Below, piece by piece: positions 63,385-64,000 of a stretch of DNA of 64,000 nt. The translations under genes were made by a program, and so were the position numbers. This stretch comes from Daphnia carinata (Eukaryota). The notes below the pieces were generated by a model. That model made no database searches. It was not told where the DNA came from and saw nothing but the letters and a program-made list of their open reading frames with translations. The stretch is taken from positions 186,001 through 250,000 of the forward strand of contig NC_081334.1 in assembly GCF_022539665.2 (NCBI RefSeq). Reading direction: 5' to 3'. Within the stretch, counting starts at the first letter, position 1, and the number at the start of each line of letters is the position of its first letter.

Positions 63385-64000
63385 TATGCTAGTGGGTAAA
63401 TGTTCCACAGACAGACATTCGTTTGTTGAGTTGGAAGGTTGAAGTGTGTCTAGCAACTTCAGGTTCTCATTGTGTGTCATTTCTAGTTGTATTTTATCTT
63501 TGTGATCGTCATTTTGCAAAGTGTTAATAACTGTTGATCCTATTAAGAATATCTCCTATTTCCATTGATCGTAGGGAACAGCAAAGCTGATCAGAGATGT
63601 CGGATTTAAAGAATGATCTACTCATGACTGAACAATTCAGCTGTACGCCTCCTCCTCCACACAACGAGAAACTGAATTGACAGGTTAGTTTTTTGGTTTT
63701 CATCGTTTCGTGGTGCAATTTAACAAAGCTTAGCGAGCGACTAGTTACGTGTTTAAACTCTGGGCTGCCAATTTTGAGGCAGAAAGACATAGTGCAAGTA
63801 AGACGTTCCACACACATGTTATCAAAGTTCGTGCTTCTAACTGTTTCGTAAAACGAGGCGTTGGCCTCATTGTAGCCCCTGCAATCACTAATGGTCTTTA
63901 GAATATATGTTATCTGCCTACACGATTCGGCATCGTATCGTGGGTTAATTTCTTTGTTTTTCCTTAGTTATTCGAGAACAGGTAAAAGTTAAATTTGCCA
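63385..64000 (-). repeat. Uninterrupted inverted copy of the repeat split by the CACTA element (empty site)
   Basis: Its reverse complement joins 45051-45433 directly to 58225-58490 with a single GA. Confidence 0.9.

Overview
Eukaryotic, AT-rich arthropod DNA. The ~60-75-nt introns, pro-resilin-type cuticle genes and TTAGG-like tract are compatible with a crustacean such as Daphnia (inference only). The window is a repeat-dense graveyard of nested transposons and gene fragments. It holds (i) a degenerate Ty3/Gypsy element whose long coiled-coil gag carries two capsid-like domains, with a second Gypsy (849-5933) and a solo LTR (6831-7221) nested in it; (ii) several MITEs; (iii) cuticle-protein pseudogenes duplicated in inverted orientation (12.5-14.7 kb vs 26.4-29.5 kb); (iv) a CACTA/EnSpm-type (CCC-terminated) transposon remnant with a full-length Copia inserted (18601-23093); (v) intron-containing broken fragments of Skeletor, EXD2, off-track/PTK7, transportin-1 and neuroglian; (vi) one intact three-domain Kazal inhibitor gene and one intact tRNA-Gly(CCC). 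The two strongest discoveries are a 12.8-kb CACTA-type 'Pack' element (45434-58222; TIRs, 2-bp GA TSD, empty-site paralogue in the same window) carrying a spliced transportin-1 fragment, and, nested inside it, a Gypsy provirus (48218-56204) whose F-type envelope gene is fused in frame to the integrase C-terminus, implying an ancestral single gag-pol-env ORF.
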